Source of the DNA: Hydrolagus affinis
Lineage: Eukaryota
Assembly: GCA_012026655.1 (NCBI GenBank)
Contig: JAAILG010000680.1
Coordinates: 1-64,000, forward strand
Direction: 5' to 3'
Length of the DNA stretch: 64,000 nucleotides
The first letter of the stretch is position 1. Every line of letters starts with the position of its first letter. Shown piece by piece: positions 1-12,500 of the stretch. Below the pieces are notes generated by a model. The model worked only from the letters and a program-made list of their open reading frames with translations, was not told where the DNA came from and searched no databases. The translations under genes and the position numbers were made by a program.

Positions 1-814
1 ACGTGAAAGGCGCTCTATAAATGTAATTTGTTGTTGTTGTTGTTGTTATAACATAAACAACATGGTTGTCCAGGCCCTCCCTCAAGGTGGGGCTGTTTTT
101 TTTTTATTGGATGTTTGTCTCTCAGCCTTTTCTTATCTAACTTTCAGAAGCGGGAAGGGATGCTCCACACGTCTCACGTTACAGAGGAACTCACCAGCAC
201 GACTGAGTAAGTTACCATTCAGTATCATATCTCTTCCCTCCCCAACATCAATCCTTGTACTAATCCCCACTCCCACCATAATAAAATTGCAAGGACTAGA
301 TCTTTTCAGACAAATTTCTAACCTCACTAGTACTGACTATACAGAAAATATTATATTACAATAAAAACATTGATTGAAAGCATGGGGAGGAAGGCAGTGA
401 GGCAGAGGGGCTGTGCAATGGAGTTCGAGAGATCGAAGGAGAATATCAGAAAGTTCAACTGCAGATTGTGGGGCAGGCAGGCGGAGGACATAAAGCAGGC
501 CATGGCCAGCCGAGTGGAGAGAGCTGCCAGGTCAATAGGATTTGAAGAGGTCAGAGGATAAAGTAGGGGAGAGTCCATGGAGGAATTTTAATGTGAGAAT
601 GAGGATCTTGAATTTGATGGGGTATCCAGTTGTGCTTGACGAGTTGTGAGGGTGACAGGTTCGTGGAGCCTCTTGCGAGAGAGGATATGAGCTGCAGCCT
701 GCGAGGGTGGAGCAGTGATCAGAGCATTGGTATATTAAAGCCTAGACACAGAGTTAATGTACTAACATTGCACCTGTGGTTTGTTATGCCTAACTGACTT
801 GTTCTGCTTTGCAG

Positions 815-3800
815 GTTGATGATGGGGAGGTTTGGTGAGTAAACTGTTATTGTGGAGTCTTTCACGAAGGTTGAATGTGTTGGGTAGTGGAACTGATTTC
901 TGATCAATTCAATTCCATCTGTTCTGTGATTGATTCCCGGTCCCTCAGTAAGTGCACCTTTTGCCCCCAGTTTGCGGATTCCTCTCAAGAGACCGCTGAT
1001 CAGAACCTTCGTCAGAAGCCAGAGAGACCATGGCTGCGTCCTGGCCCACCTTCCTCTGCCCCTTTTCCCCACTGTCAGGTCAGGTGTCCACCCACCACTG
1101 TTGAGTTAAGTGTCTGCCCCATTGTCAAGACAGGGCTTCCCAATCCTTGGGCTAACTTCGGTAGAACTAACCAACCCCCCCCCCCCCCGACCCACTGTTA
1201 CCTAGTCTAGGCAATGAAATTAAACTGATACAGACTGAGATGTCCCTGCCCCCAGCATCCACATTGCTCATCATTGTGATTGAATCCTGCCCATCCAAGT
1301 CCTGCCAATAAGCCAGGCTGGGCTGGGCTGTGATCAGCAGTGCCCTGAAGTACTGTGGACCCACCTGGCTCAGGAACCAGACAAGAACGTCACAGATGGT
1401 GGAATCGATTCTGACATTCTGTTGTCAAACATGTCACCTAGGAGATAACTCAGCCGCAACGAGATCACATTTACCTCCCCAACCCTCTCCACTCCCCAAA
1501 GGACAGTCAATAGTTGGGTCGAAAATAAAGGCATCCAGTTCAGCTTCCATGTCTCCATCCAGCCCATCCTTTTTTCTTCCAGCCCAGAGCAGATTCACGA
1601 ATCAGAAACTTTATCTGCAAAAGTGATGTGAATGAGATGTTGACTCTGATTTATTGCAGAGCGAGATGCATTTGATACGCTGTTTGACCATGCTCCTGAC
1701 AAGCTCAGCGTTGTGAAAAAGGTGATCCTTTGTTCTTCCTTCGTAATCCCGAAGCAGTTTACTGAGACAAATATTTACCATAGTAAGGGGAACACTGAAC
1801 TGCCACAGACCAATACTTCAGGATACACCAAGGCAGAAGAGCAAGAGGACACGGGTTTAGAGATGTAAGGGGCAATTTCAAGACAGACACCAGGAAGTTT
1901 TTCTTTACACAGAAGGATAATTAATGACTGGAACTGGTTGATAGGGAGGGTGTTGAGGCCAGGACATTTAAAAAGCTGCTTGATGCTGTGATGGGGAGAA
2001 GGGTGGTGGTGGGGGTTCTGGAGGGATGAGATCAGATGGGCCAAAAGGTCTTCTTCACTGGAATCTATTTTGTGATCTTGTGTCACATGCAACGAGATGT
2101 CAGTGGAGATTCTGACTGTTTTAATCGAAACACAGAACAGCCATAGTGTTGATTATCATTTCTGTGGAATCAGGAAAACAGGCACAGGAGGCCATTCAGT
2201 CCATCAAGTCCGATTCATTTCAAATATCTGAATTACACAGAACCTTTGAGAATTCCAACCATACCCTGGACTTTCTAATCACGGACTGTGGACTCTTGTT
2301 TCCTCTGTAACAGTGACATTCCCCTAGAGCTGTACAGCTTACCCTTTCAGTGATCATATCATGACAGCACTTTCAATTCTCTGTATTGCACCACATTGAA
2401 GTCTACAAAGAGAAACAGCCCATGAGAAAAACAGAAAGAGGAACAGGAATGTTGCCTTTGGTTTATTGCAACCCATCAAGCCTGTTCCATCAGTCTACTG
2501 GTTGCTGACAATATCTTACTCCAAATGCCTGATCCTTTCACCCCCAATATCTGTCTTTCTCATGGACATTCTTTTTGACTCTGTCCAGTGGAAATAGCCT
2601 ATCTATGTTAACCTTTTTATCAAACCCTTTCATTCACCTTTCTGGGGCAGGGGATTCCGCATCCTTTCTGACCACAGTTCTAACCGTCCCGCTCTTGTGC
2701 TTAACCTTCTGACCTTTGTGTTGACATCATCTCTTAAGATTCACTGCCCTGAAGGACTCTAACCCCAGTCCTAACAGTTTCATAGCTAACACCCCTAAGA
2801 GGTGGAGTCATTGAGTAGGTTTGATGCAATTGGAATGATCCATTGCCTCTGTGGGGGGGCAGGGTGGAGAAAAGACAAGTCTGAAGTGAGTTAATGAGGA
2901 AAATTCTCCAGTTGTCTTCCTGGCAATTGAGAAGCACTTTCATTTTATGAAAACTTTTCTTCCCCAGTCGCTCATCACATTTGTGAACAAACATCTAAAC
3001 AAGCTGAACTTGGAGGTGACTGAGCTGGAGACACAGGTAACAAACTCTCACTGTCTTTTCTGCTTACTTGGACAATGCATGGCGGGATTGCATGACTAAT
3101 GAAGAAAGCTGGCTATCCCTGATGTCGTTGCTAGAGACAGGATTTTTTCCCATGTTTACTAAAGTAAAGTTTTCCTGCGAATCTTTCTATCATCTGCTCT
3201 ATCCTTCTCCATCGCTTTTCTGTTCCATTGCCATTGTTCTTTTCTTTCATTTTCCATTTGTGCCTTTCCTGGCATCTCCCACCCCACTCCACTACCCACA
3301 CCCTTGGCTTCACCATTCTGGCCTTTTGCAAATCACTCGACCTTCCATTCAACTATCAATGGCTGTGCTTTCAGTCACTATGAAGTGAGACTCCGGAACT
3401 CTCTGACTCTGAGTTCTCCACCGTGTCCCCTCTTTGCCAGTCTTCAGATCCCACCACTTTCTGGAACTCTGTCCTCCGCCTCCCTCCCCACCTTTAAACA
3501 CCATCTTAAGACCTTTGTCCCCACGGTTGGGGTCCCTTTTGTGCCCTTCTGCTTCATCTCCCTCTCATCCATCCCAGCTCGGTCTCCAGTTGGCTGTGTG
3601 AAACACTTTGAGCCGTGCTCCCGTGGTGAAAGGCGCTGTGTGAGTGTGAACGTGTTTGGAGAGTAGTGAGTGAGTGGGGCCAGCTGGCTCATGTCCAAAT
3701 GTAACTGGTGCAGTTAGTTTGCAGATGGTGTGTACCTCGTGCTGCTAATGGGGCTTCTGGAGAATTACTTTGTTCCTCTGCACAACTTCTACCTCACACC

Positions 3801-4527
3801 AGAAAGCTTTGATCAGAAGGTTTGTGCTGGCTTGTTCTTCACTCAGAATGGCCATGGGGCCATGGAGGCTGGGAGGAGTGGGGAGTAGGAGGAGTTGACA
3901 TGTTGGGGGTAGGGGCTTGATGGGAAGGGAGGAGAGACATAGACGCCAAGGAGGGGGGTTGGAGACGCATAGGCCGAGGGTCTGAACACAGAAGATGGAT
4001 GGGGGAGAAGAGAAATGGAGGCGCACGGAGGTGGGGGGTGCGGCATGGTTAAATGAATGAAATTAAATGATCGGTTGTTTTGTGCAGGTCCATAACGTTT
4101 CACTGGCCTTCGAGCTGATGCAGGATGGGGGCCTCAAGAAGCCTAAGGCTCGGCCGGAGGGTGAGTGTGAGATGAGAGAGCTAGTCACTGCCACAGCGAA
4201 CTCCCGTACATTGCAGCTTCTCCCCCACACACTGTAGCTCCTTTACACCTGTACCCACGACCTCACTGTACATTGCACTTCTCTATCTGAGCCAAGTGAA
4301 CTCCCTTGCCTCAGTGTGCCAGTTTTGTTGCCTTGCTCTCTCGGTTTATTCCATTTTGGAGTTTGCTGAATCAGTGATACACCTCTCTTTTTCTCTCTGT
4401 TTCTCCTCTCTCTCTGTCCAACTGCCCCACCTCCCCCCGCTCTCTTGCAGATGTGGTGGGCCTGGATCTGAAGTCCACACTGCGAGTCCTATACAACTTG
4501 TTCACCAAGTACAAGAATGTGGAGTAA
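815..4527 (+). CDS. PARVB: beta-parvin, 3' coding exons only (gene begins upstream of the window)
   Basis: Exons 815-834, 1660-1721, 2968-3036, 3718-3819, 4088-4160, 4451-4527 have AG/GT boundaries and consistent phase. They translate to (E)LMMGRFERDAFDTLFDHAPDKLSVVKKSLITFVNKHLNKLNLEVTELETQFADGVYLVLLMGLLENYFVPLHNFYLTPESFDQKVHNVSLAFELMQDGGLKKPKARPEDVVGLDLKSTLRVLYNLFTKYKNVE*, the parvin CH2 domain. MMGRF, KLSVVKK and KARPED indicate beta rather than alpha. Confidence 0.95.
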
Positions 4528-6303
4528 CAGCACTTGCAGTGGCCAAGGGCCAGCACTGCAGGGGCTAGAGCCTTGCTGGTCACCAGGCCCGTTTGGGGGT
4601 GGAGGAGGGGTTAAATTATGAGTCTTGTTCGAATCAGCGAGCGCTGTGTTATTTCTTACCGATTGGGGGACATGGATTCTCTTCGTATCGGTGAGGTGTT
4701 CATAAATTTGCCAAACTATTCCCACAAACATCACTCCCACTTTATAGTGAATCCTGGAAATGTTTTGAGACATCTAGATGATGTGATAAGGCGCTGTATT
4801 AAATGCAAGGTTATTATTATTACTTTCCTGGTAAAGCTTTGACCGGCAACAGCCTGTCTCATTTCAATCAGTGAAAGTCAATGGCTCATGCACTTGCCTT
4901 ACTCCATTTTTGCTCTTGCCTGCGCTCTAAGCTACCTCCTCATTTGGTTGAGGGCTTTTATGTTTTGTTGTTAACCTTTAGGGGAGTGAGGAACTTTCTC
5001 CAGCTCTGTATTGGGCAGCAGGAGTAGGCTTTAACTGTCACTGAATATCTGATTCACACGGTCAGAGATAGGAGTCACAAAGGAACATCTTGATCATTCA
5101 TCACATGCCAGGTCAGTGTTTGGTGCTTATCAGCGTCACTAGTTCCCAAAGAGTTAAGGGCAAACTGCAGCCACTTGACCTGGGTAATTGGCCCCATTTG
5201 CAGCTAGGGGTTGGTAACAAGTCTCATAATTTAACCCCCTCCACCAGCACTCCCATTCCTGTCAAACCACCACCCCATTGGCTGTCACTAATTGGCTTAA
5301 CCGGCCCTACTTACAGCCCTACGTTCAGCCCAATCCCATTCCCTGTCCCAATACAGGACCGTTCACTCTGACAATGGGGCCATCCTGCACGTGTGAGCAG
5401 CCACCAAGGTAATTACGCTGGTGAATTCATTCCTCTCCCCTCGGTTGTCAGGGTCTACCACTGGCTTCCAAGCACCAACCAGCTTTGTGTGATTTCCCCT
5501 CACCCCCTCTCAGTATTCCCCACTGCACTGTCACCACCTGTCATTATCACCGTGAGGTATTTAATGTTGATCAGCTTTAGTTTTGACTGACTCCCTCACC
5601 CACGTGTGGTAACCTCACCTGAATAGTTAGAACGATCTCAACTGTTTCCAAATGTTAATGTGCTGTCAGCCACAGTGCCTGTCTGAAGCCGCTGCATAGA
5701 GCAGACTCGTTTACCTGAAGTGTTTTGTTTAGGGCTTATATTTGAATGGTATATTCTTCCTTCACATTGTTTACAGCAGTATTGTCACTGGAGTGTTTAA
5801 CACACATGTACTTGAAGTATCTGCATTGACCTGCACATCTGCCTTTTGTGAAACTGTGAACCCCTAATAGCAAACCTTATGATCTGGTTTGTCTGGATTT
5901 GTTTATCTTTCCTGTCTGTGTATGCCTGTCTGAGAGAAGTACAATAGTTTCTGGCTGCCCACCAGCAATTGTCCACTCTAGTATTGAGCCTCACCAGAGA
6001 CTTCGGTTGTACAGACAAACCTACACAAAACCCACGATGTGTGAAAAGGTTGATTGGTAGCCCACCATTCACAACATGGGTTGTGAATGAGTTGTTGGGT
6101 ACAGTCAAGTCCTGCACATGACATGACTACCTGACCACTGAGGCACTCGTTCACTGTACTCTGAGGCATTGGGAGTCATTTTGCCCCAGCCTTTGGTCTG
6201 GGTCCAGCTTTCCTGTACAATGTGACTGGTTATCAGATTGAGTGGGTAATACACTGGATATCTTTTCAGTGCCGTATTCATAACAACCCGGCAAATGTCA
6301 CCG

Positions 6304-6403
6304 NNNNNNNNNNNNNNNNNNNNNNNNNNNNNNNNNNNNNNNNNNNNNNNNNNNNNNNNNNNNNNNNNNNNNNNNNNNNNNNNNNNNNNNNNNNNNNNNN
6401 NNN
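6304..6403. other. assembly gap (100 N)
   Basis: Run of 100 n characters, followed by a G run. Confidence 1.
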
Positions 6404-6493
6404 GGGGGGGTGATCAGCAGAGAAGGATGCCCACTCAGGCCCTTATATATGCGTGGTACTGTCAGCTGCAGTTTTAAATTTACTATTTATTCT

Positions 6494-6499
6494 AATAAA
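6494..6499 (+). terminator. candidate PARVB polyadenylation signal
   Basis: AATAAA about 2 kb after the PARVB stop, with a U/GU-rich stretch downstream (gtgtctttgtcttattct). Confidence 0.5.
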
Positions 6500-7790
6500 T
6501 GTCCACTGGCGACCAGATTCAAGTGTCTTTGTCTTATTCTCTCAGCCTGACTGGTCCTCACAGGTCAACCTGATCCTTCACCTTTGAGTTTGGGTCAGGA
6601 ACTTGAAGGTTTGAGCCCAGTCTAGTGCATCCTTTGTTTTGTTAATAGATGCCAGTCAGGAAGCATTTCCTCACACAAGGTTGAGAAGATATTGTTCTGC
6701 CCAGGAAGGTGTAGCGACAGAATCTGAAGGAATATCTGAGAGAGACATAGACGGGGGGGAGTAAATAATTAAGGAGAGTTTTGGAAGGTTTGGACATTGG
6801 GAGCAGGAGATTTCCAGATCTAATAAACTAGTGTTACAGGCTGGATGGGCTGAATGGTTCCCCATGTCCCTGTTTTCCTCATGTTTCTCACTAAAGTTCA
6901 GTGTGGTGCACTGAAATGGAAAGCTATAAAGCTTGTTACAGAGGAAAGAAGTGGTCTGTGATTGGAAAGTCCAAAGTACAGTACTGGTATGATATGAATT
7001 CTCAATTCTGATGTTTGTAATGAACTAGACTTGCTGGGCTGAATGGCCTCCTGCACCTGTTTTCCTGATTCCATGGGAATGATAATCAACACTGGCAGTT
7101 CCATGTTTCCATTAAAACAGCCAGAAACTCCACTGACATCCCATTCTACATGTTACAAGACAGGTTCAGATGAAGAAGCCCGTTCAGCCTATCTGATTTC
7201 ATCCCTACAGAACACTCACTCTACCGTCCACCCATCACAGCATCAAGCAGCTTTTTAAATGAATCCCAGTTTCGTGACGATCTGTTCCAATCATTAATTA
7301 TCCTCTGGGTAAACAAGACTTCCTGTGCTTGTCCTCAAATTCTCCTTTACAACATGTAAAGGTCATGTACCCTTCTACTATCACGATGCATCCTAAAGAA
7401 TTGATCCAGGTTTATTTTTTCAATTCCATTTAAGATATATGAGATCCCCTTTGTGTCTTCTCAAGACTGAAAAGCCAGAGCTTCCTGTTTTCATTTATTA
7501 CTGCAACACACCATCACTGGCTGTAGCGAATGACGAGTAAACGAACACCCTAGACCTCTTTCAGCTTCTCCATTTGCAAGTTCAATCCCATCCATGGCGA
7601 ACTTGTGTTTCCTACTCTCACTTCCTATAGATAGTATATATTGATTAATTTATTAAAAAAACTTAAGAATATGAAAAAAAAATGTATTAATTTGTGGGGC
7701 ATTTTTCAACAGAACTGAGAATTTTTATTACACTACATTACATCTCACACCAGGCTGTTTTCGGCCTGGTTACTCTCTTACACTACCCAT

Positions 7791-7861
7791 TACTCACTTC
7801 AGTTTCCGTTTCTCAGAGCTATCCATCCGATTGCTACAGAAACCCCCTTGAAAGAGGAAGT
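7791..7861 (+). promoter_or_regulatory. ISRE plus PU.1/ETS motif pair upstream of PARVG
   Basis: AGTTTCCGTTTCT (7801-7813) matches the ISRE consensus AGTTTCNNTTTCY; AAAGAGGAAGT (7851-7861) matches the PU.1 consensus. Located 1.7 kb upstream of the PARVG ATG. Confidence 0.45.
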
Positions 7862-9591
7862 TTTATAACCGCCGAAAAAGTGACTGCGCAGCCAGTTTAA
7901 ATCATCAAACAAAATCTCAATCTCCCTTAAACCATCTATTGGGAGCAGGCTGATGGTGTGGGCACCATCAATGTTGCCAGATTGAATAAATTGTAAAGTT
8001 GGTGAATTAAATTACATTTCACAACTTCCCTTTATATCACCGCAGTATTCTGCGAAGCGAACTTGCACACTGAATTCCAGTAACTCATCCGATGAACAGC
8101 TCAAATCTTCTGCTGCTGAAGTGACAAGTCACTACAGAGGTTAGTATCTGCACATGACTATCCATGTCTTTGCTGCCTCTCCCCATGTGTTTTATTATTG
8201 TGAAGCAAACTTCTCTTATCTCTTTACATCTGTTTCCCGTGGTTTCGTGTTCAGCGTACTGTGTTCAGACAGGAACCTCAGTCTGTAAAGAGAGCAAGAT
8301 GGTGTAGCATAATTAGCAAGAATGGACTGTTTTGTTGTCTGGACACACCATTATCATACTAAAGAGTTTCCAAACTAGACCGGAGACTCCATTTCTGGCA
8401 AGCTTCATGCTGCTCTAGCGAGGACTACCCTACCTGTTAGGGTTTTGGCTTGCAGGGTTACCGTTACCGTCTCTGTTTAGCAGGAAATAGAAACTCAGTT
8501 GTTAGTCATTGTGGATCACTTTTCCATGCTAAACCTTCAAGAATAAGTAAATAAATAAATAGAATTTTTTTTCACTCAATCCACATTTGTTTATGGGACA
8601 CTGCTGTGCACATTTGGCTGCCACGTTTCACCCACAAACTTGTCAACTCACTTTAAAGTATATTTTGTGAAGTGCTGCGAGATGCCTTAAAAGGGAAATA
8701 TTAAATTATAAAAGGAGCTGAGTGGGAAGACTCCCCAAGTGACCAGTCTGCCCTTCCATGTCCTGTTGATGAGTCACTCAGGCTGTCATCAGCTGTGCTC
8801 TGGAGCGCTGTTGACCAGCCTGAATCAGGAACCGGACTTGAGACCCTTACAGTGGGTAGACTCAATTCTGTCATTCCATTGCCAGGCACGTCACCTTGAA
8901 GCCAGTTCACTCCCGAGGAGACACCACTTGCCTCCCAGGATAGGTTGAACTGAGTGTGTAATGGAACAACAACATACAATTATATAGCACCCTTCAGACT
9001 GGGAGTGTCTTGTGAACGTCCTGGTCTAGAACTAGTTTTCCCCAGTTTGTTTGAAGTTTGCAGATTAAACTAATTTGAGGACATATTCAGCTACTCTGTA
9101 TAATCTTATTTGATAACAACAACTTGCATTTATATGGCACCATTCACACAGGGTAGAATCCCATAGCACTTAACATTTGTACACCAAATGATTTTGCCTG
9201 CTAATGTGGAATTTCAATCCTCAATAATTGCAGAATCACACAAAGAAGTGTTTTGGAATATCCTCCCAATGTGAAAGGTACTATATAAGTGTATAGTATT
9301 GCAAGAAAAGTCCAACCATCATCCATACAGAACACCCATTCTATCATCCTTCCATAGTAGCTTCGAGCTGTTTCTTAAATGTGTTCAGAGTCCCAGCCTC
9401 AATCACTCTTCCTGGTAATCCTGTTCCAATCTTTAATTGCCCTCTAGTTAATAGTCCTCGACTTTCCTTTCATACCCCTGAATCTTTATCCTCTTACTGA
9501 TATGTCCAAGTGTGCCTTGGCAAATGATCATGGCTGGATGGTGTATAAATGTTAATGTATTTTTTTGGATCTACAGGGAGGAGACTGTAAC

Positions 9592-12500
9592 ATGGATGTC
9601 AGTAACTCTGAAAATGAGCCAGTCAATGACCTTGTTCCGGGTATGTCACTTTATGATCTTTATGGTTAAAAAAAAATATTGATGCAGCATCTGTGACTTC
9701 GAAGCCCTTCACACTAAGCCCTAAGAACATCTCAAAAGGATTCACAACAATTCTGCAAAGTGCAGCAGCTATATTTCAGAGGCAGACCATTTGCACACAG
9801 CAACGGGGTCTTCCTATAGCTGAAATGGATAACTGAAGTCAATCCAGCCTTCTGTTGGTTCTCAGTTGTCCAGTTCCTGAGCCAGGCAGCTCCACAGTAC
9901 TCCAGGGCACAGCTGATGACGGAGCAGCCGAGTCTGGTTCATTGGCTGGACTTGGAAAGGCATCCAGCCACTGTGACAGGGACTTTTTCCCACTCAGCTC
10001 CCATTAGCTCTGCAAGCCAAAACCTTAACGGGTAGGATAGTCCTAGTTGGACAAGTAGTGGGAAGCTTGCCAGACAGTGCTCTCAATGGCAAATTATGTG
10101 GTTTTATATTCGATTGTATTCCAGCAGTTGCCTCAATACACACTCTGGGATCCCCAAGTCTTAGCTCTTGCCACCTGTGCCTAATACTCTCCAGGGGTAT
10201 TTATACTCCAGGGAGAGAGAAAGAGAGAGAGAAAGCACATTCCATCCCAATAAACCTCTATGGAATTTCCATGTATAGATGGGATCCATAGAACTCTGTT
10301 TAGTTTCGCCAGAGATGGGTTTCCGTATTCCACTCAGAGACAAGCCCGACCCCCACCCAGAGGTGTTGATATCAAATCTTACCACTGTGTTGATCCAGTC
10401 AGACTCCTTTCCCCCTGTGCCCCATCCAGCTCCCAGTTACGGAGCTTTCCTCAGTCCACTCCAATTAGTCTTAAGGAAATCCCCTTAGCTTTCCATGCTG
10501 GTTTATTGCTTTAATCGTTACATTTGGACAGCATCTTATCAAGTCAGTCAGGTGTCTCAAAGTGCCTCACAGGATTCACTGCAAAGTGTAGTGTCTGTTT
10601 TCCTGTTTACTTGATTTGGAGTTTTACTGTTTTCACAGAAGAGGCAAGAAATATTTTGCAGCCCAGCTCACTGCTGAGTCCCCAACTACAAGAGCTAAAG
10701 GCGGTAAGATCTCTCTCCTGATGTGAGCAAATTCCCTGTAGTGGCTGATGTCCTGTCAATCACCCAGCAGATCACTCCAACTTCATCCTATGGAGTCCTA
10801 TAGCTCAGTGGTTAGAACACCAGCCTTGCAAGTGAGAGACCTGGGTTCAATTCCAGGCAGGGCGAGACTTTGGGCAAGTTTCCTTACTCCACACTTCTCA
10901 TAATAATCCTTTGGGAAAAAGAAAGAAATTGGTAATTTTCAATCCATGGCTGTTTGTGGGACTCCACTGTGTGCAATTAGCTGTTACGTTTCGCCCACAA
11001 ATATACAGTCAATTTACTTTACAGTATATTCTGTGAAGCGCTTTGGGAAGTCTTCTAGACATCTCTAAGCTCTATGTCCAATGCAAGGATTATTATTATG
11101 ATTATTATTATTATCTCTCTGAAGGTGTCCCGACTTAAATACACTACAATAGTATAACAAGGCAATTATGATGCTGGGCTAGATTGCTAAATCAGTTGTG
11201 TTTTGATCCCCATTTGTCATCCTCAAGCTGTACAGTACTCTAGACAGACTTCACCTTGATTACTGGGTACATCTCTGGTCTCTCACATTTTGCCCAGGCT
11301 AAATCTGACCTGACACTGGTGTGATGTGTAAATGAAAAAACAATTTTTATTAGTAAAATGTTAAGCCTTTGCAAAAGTGCCAAGTTCAGCAGAACCGCGT
11401 GCAGTTTTCATATCTGTAACAGGCTGAATTTCTTGCTTTTAACTGTTTGCAGTTCCTCATTGATTGGATTAATCTTACCCTGAAGCAGGATCACATTGTG
11501 GTCCAGTCACTGGAGGAAGATATGTACGATGGCTTAGTGCTTAATCACCTGCTGGGTAAGGCAACCCCGAGCCCAACCCGAATCTGATCCTGGGGCCAGA
11601 CCCGAGCCAGTCCCAAGCCAGATCCTGACCCAGCCGTGCAAGGTCAGGGGTGCATTGGGAAATGAATGGGGTCCACAGTGCAACCACATTATGATCACCC
11701 AACATATCACATCACCCAACATATCACCCAACATATCACCCAACATATCACCCAACATGACATCACCAGCATGAAAACATCCAGGGTGACATCACTAGTG
11801 TATATGACATTGTCCTGAGTGACATCATCCGGCATATGATATTGACGACATGACATCACTCAACTGCTGAGCACTGCTTTCTCTATTAGTACATTTAGCA
11901 GATGTCAAGCTGGAGGTGAGTGAAATCGCCTTGTCCACCACTGCCCAGAGACAGAAGCTCAACGTTGTGCTGGACTCCATAAATCAGCTGCTCCAAGTGA
12001 CCGATCAATCCAACTCCAAGTGGAATGTTGAGAGTAAGTGCTGTGTACAGACCCAAATCTAATTAGTGTCAGTGGAATGTGTAACATAAGAGGGGTTTCC
12101 GTGTAGCCTAAGTGTCTCCAAGGTGACATGGCTGGCAGTGGAATGTCTGAATCGAGCCTGTGTCTTCAAGTGGGTTGTGTCTTGGGAGTGTTAAATAATG
12201 CACATTTTGACATTGATCCATGGAGAGAGAGGAGATGACTGTAGGCATGGTCAAGCAAGAATGTTTTCAGATGTGAAGGGAGCAAAGTGGAGGAATTGAG
12301 ACAGAGAATTCCAGAGTTTCAGGCAAAATGACTGAAAGTATGGATGATGATAGCAGAGTGGAAAAAACGAGGGATGCACAAATATATACAGTCAAAAAGT
12401 TTACATTAGTTTACAGTATATTCTGTGAAGCGCTTTGGGACGTTGATAAGATGTGGAAAGTGCTATATCAAATGCAAGGATTATTATTATTATATTATAT

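Noticed and set aside
3711-3713. Upstream CAG as an alternative PARVB acceptor
   Set aside because: It would add 4 nt and break the frame; the TAG at 3715-3717 gives the conserved 102-nt exon.
10795-10865. tRNA-like sequences (also at 20781, 35978 and others)
   Set aside because: They are SINE heads continuing into the SINE body, without a complete cloverleaf.
11694-11860. Regular short repeats as a possible CRISPR-like array
   Set aside because: Head-to-tail minisatellite without unique spacers, in a vertebrate intron.
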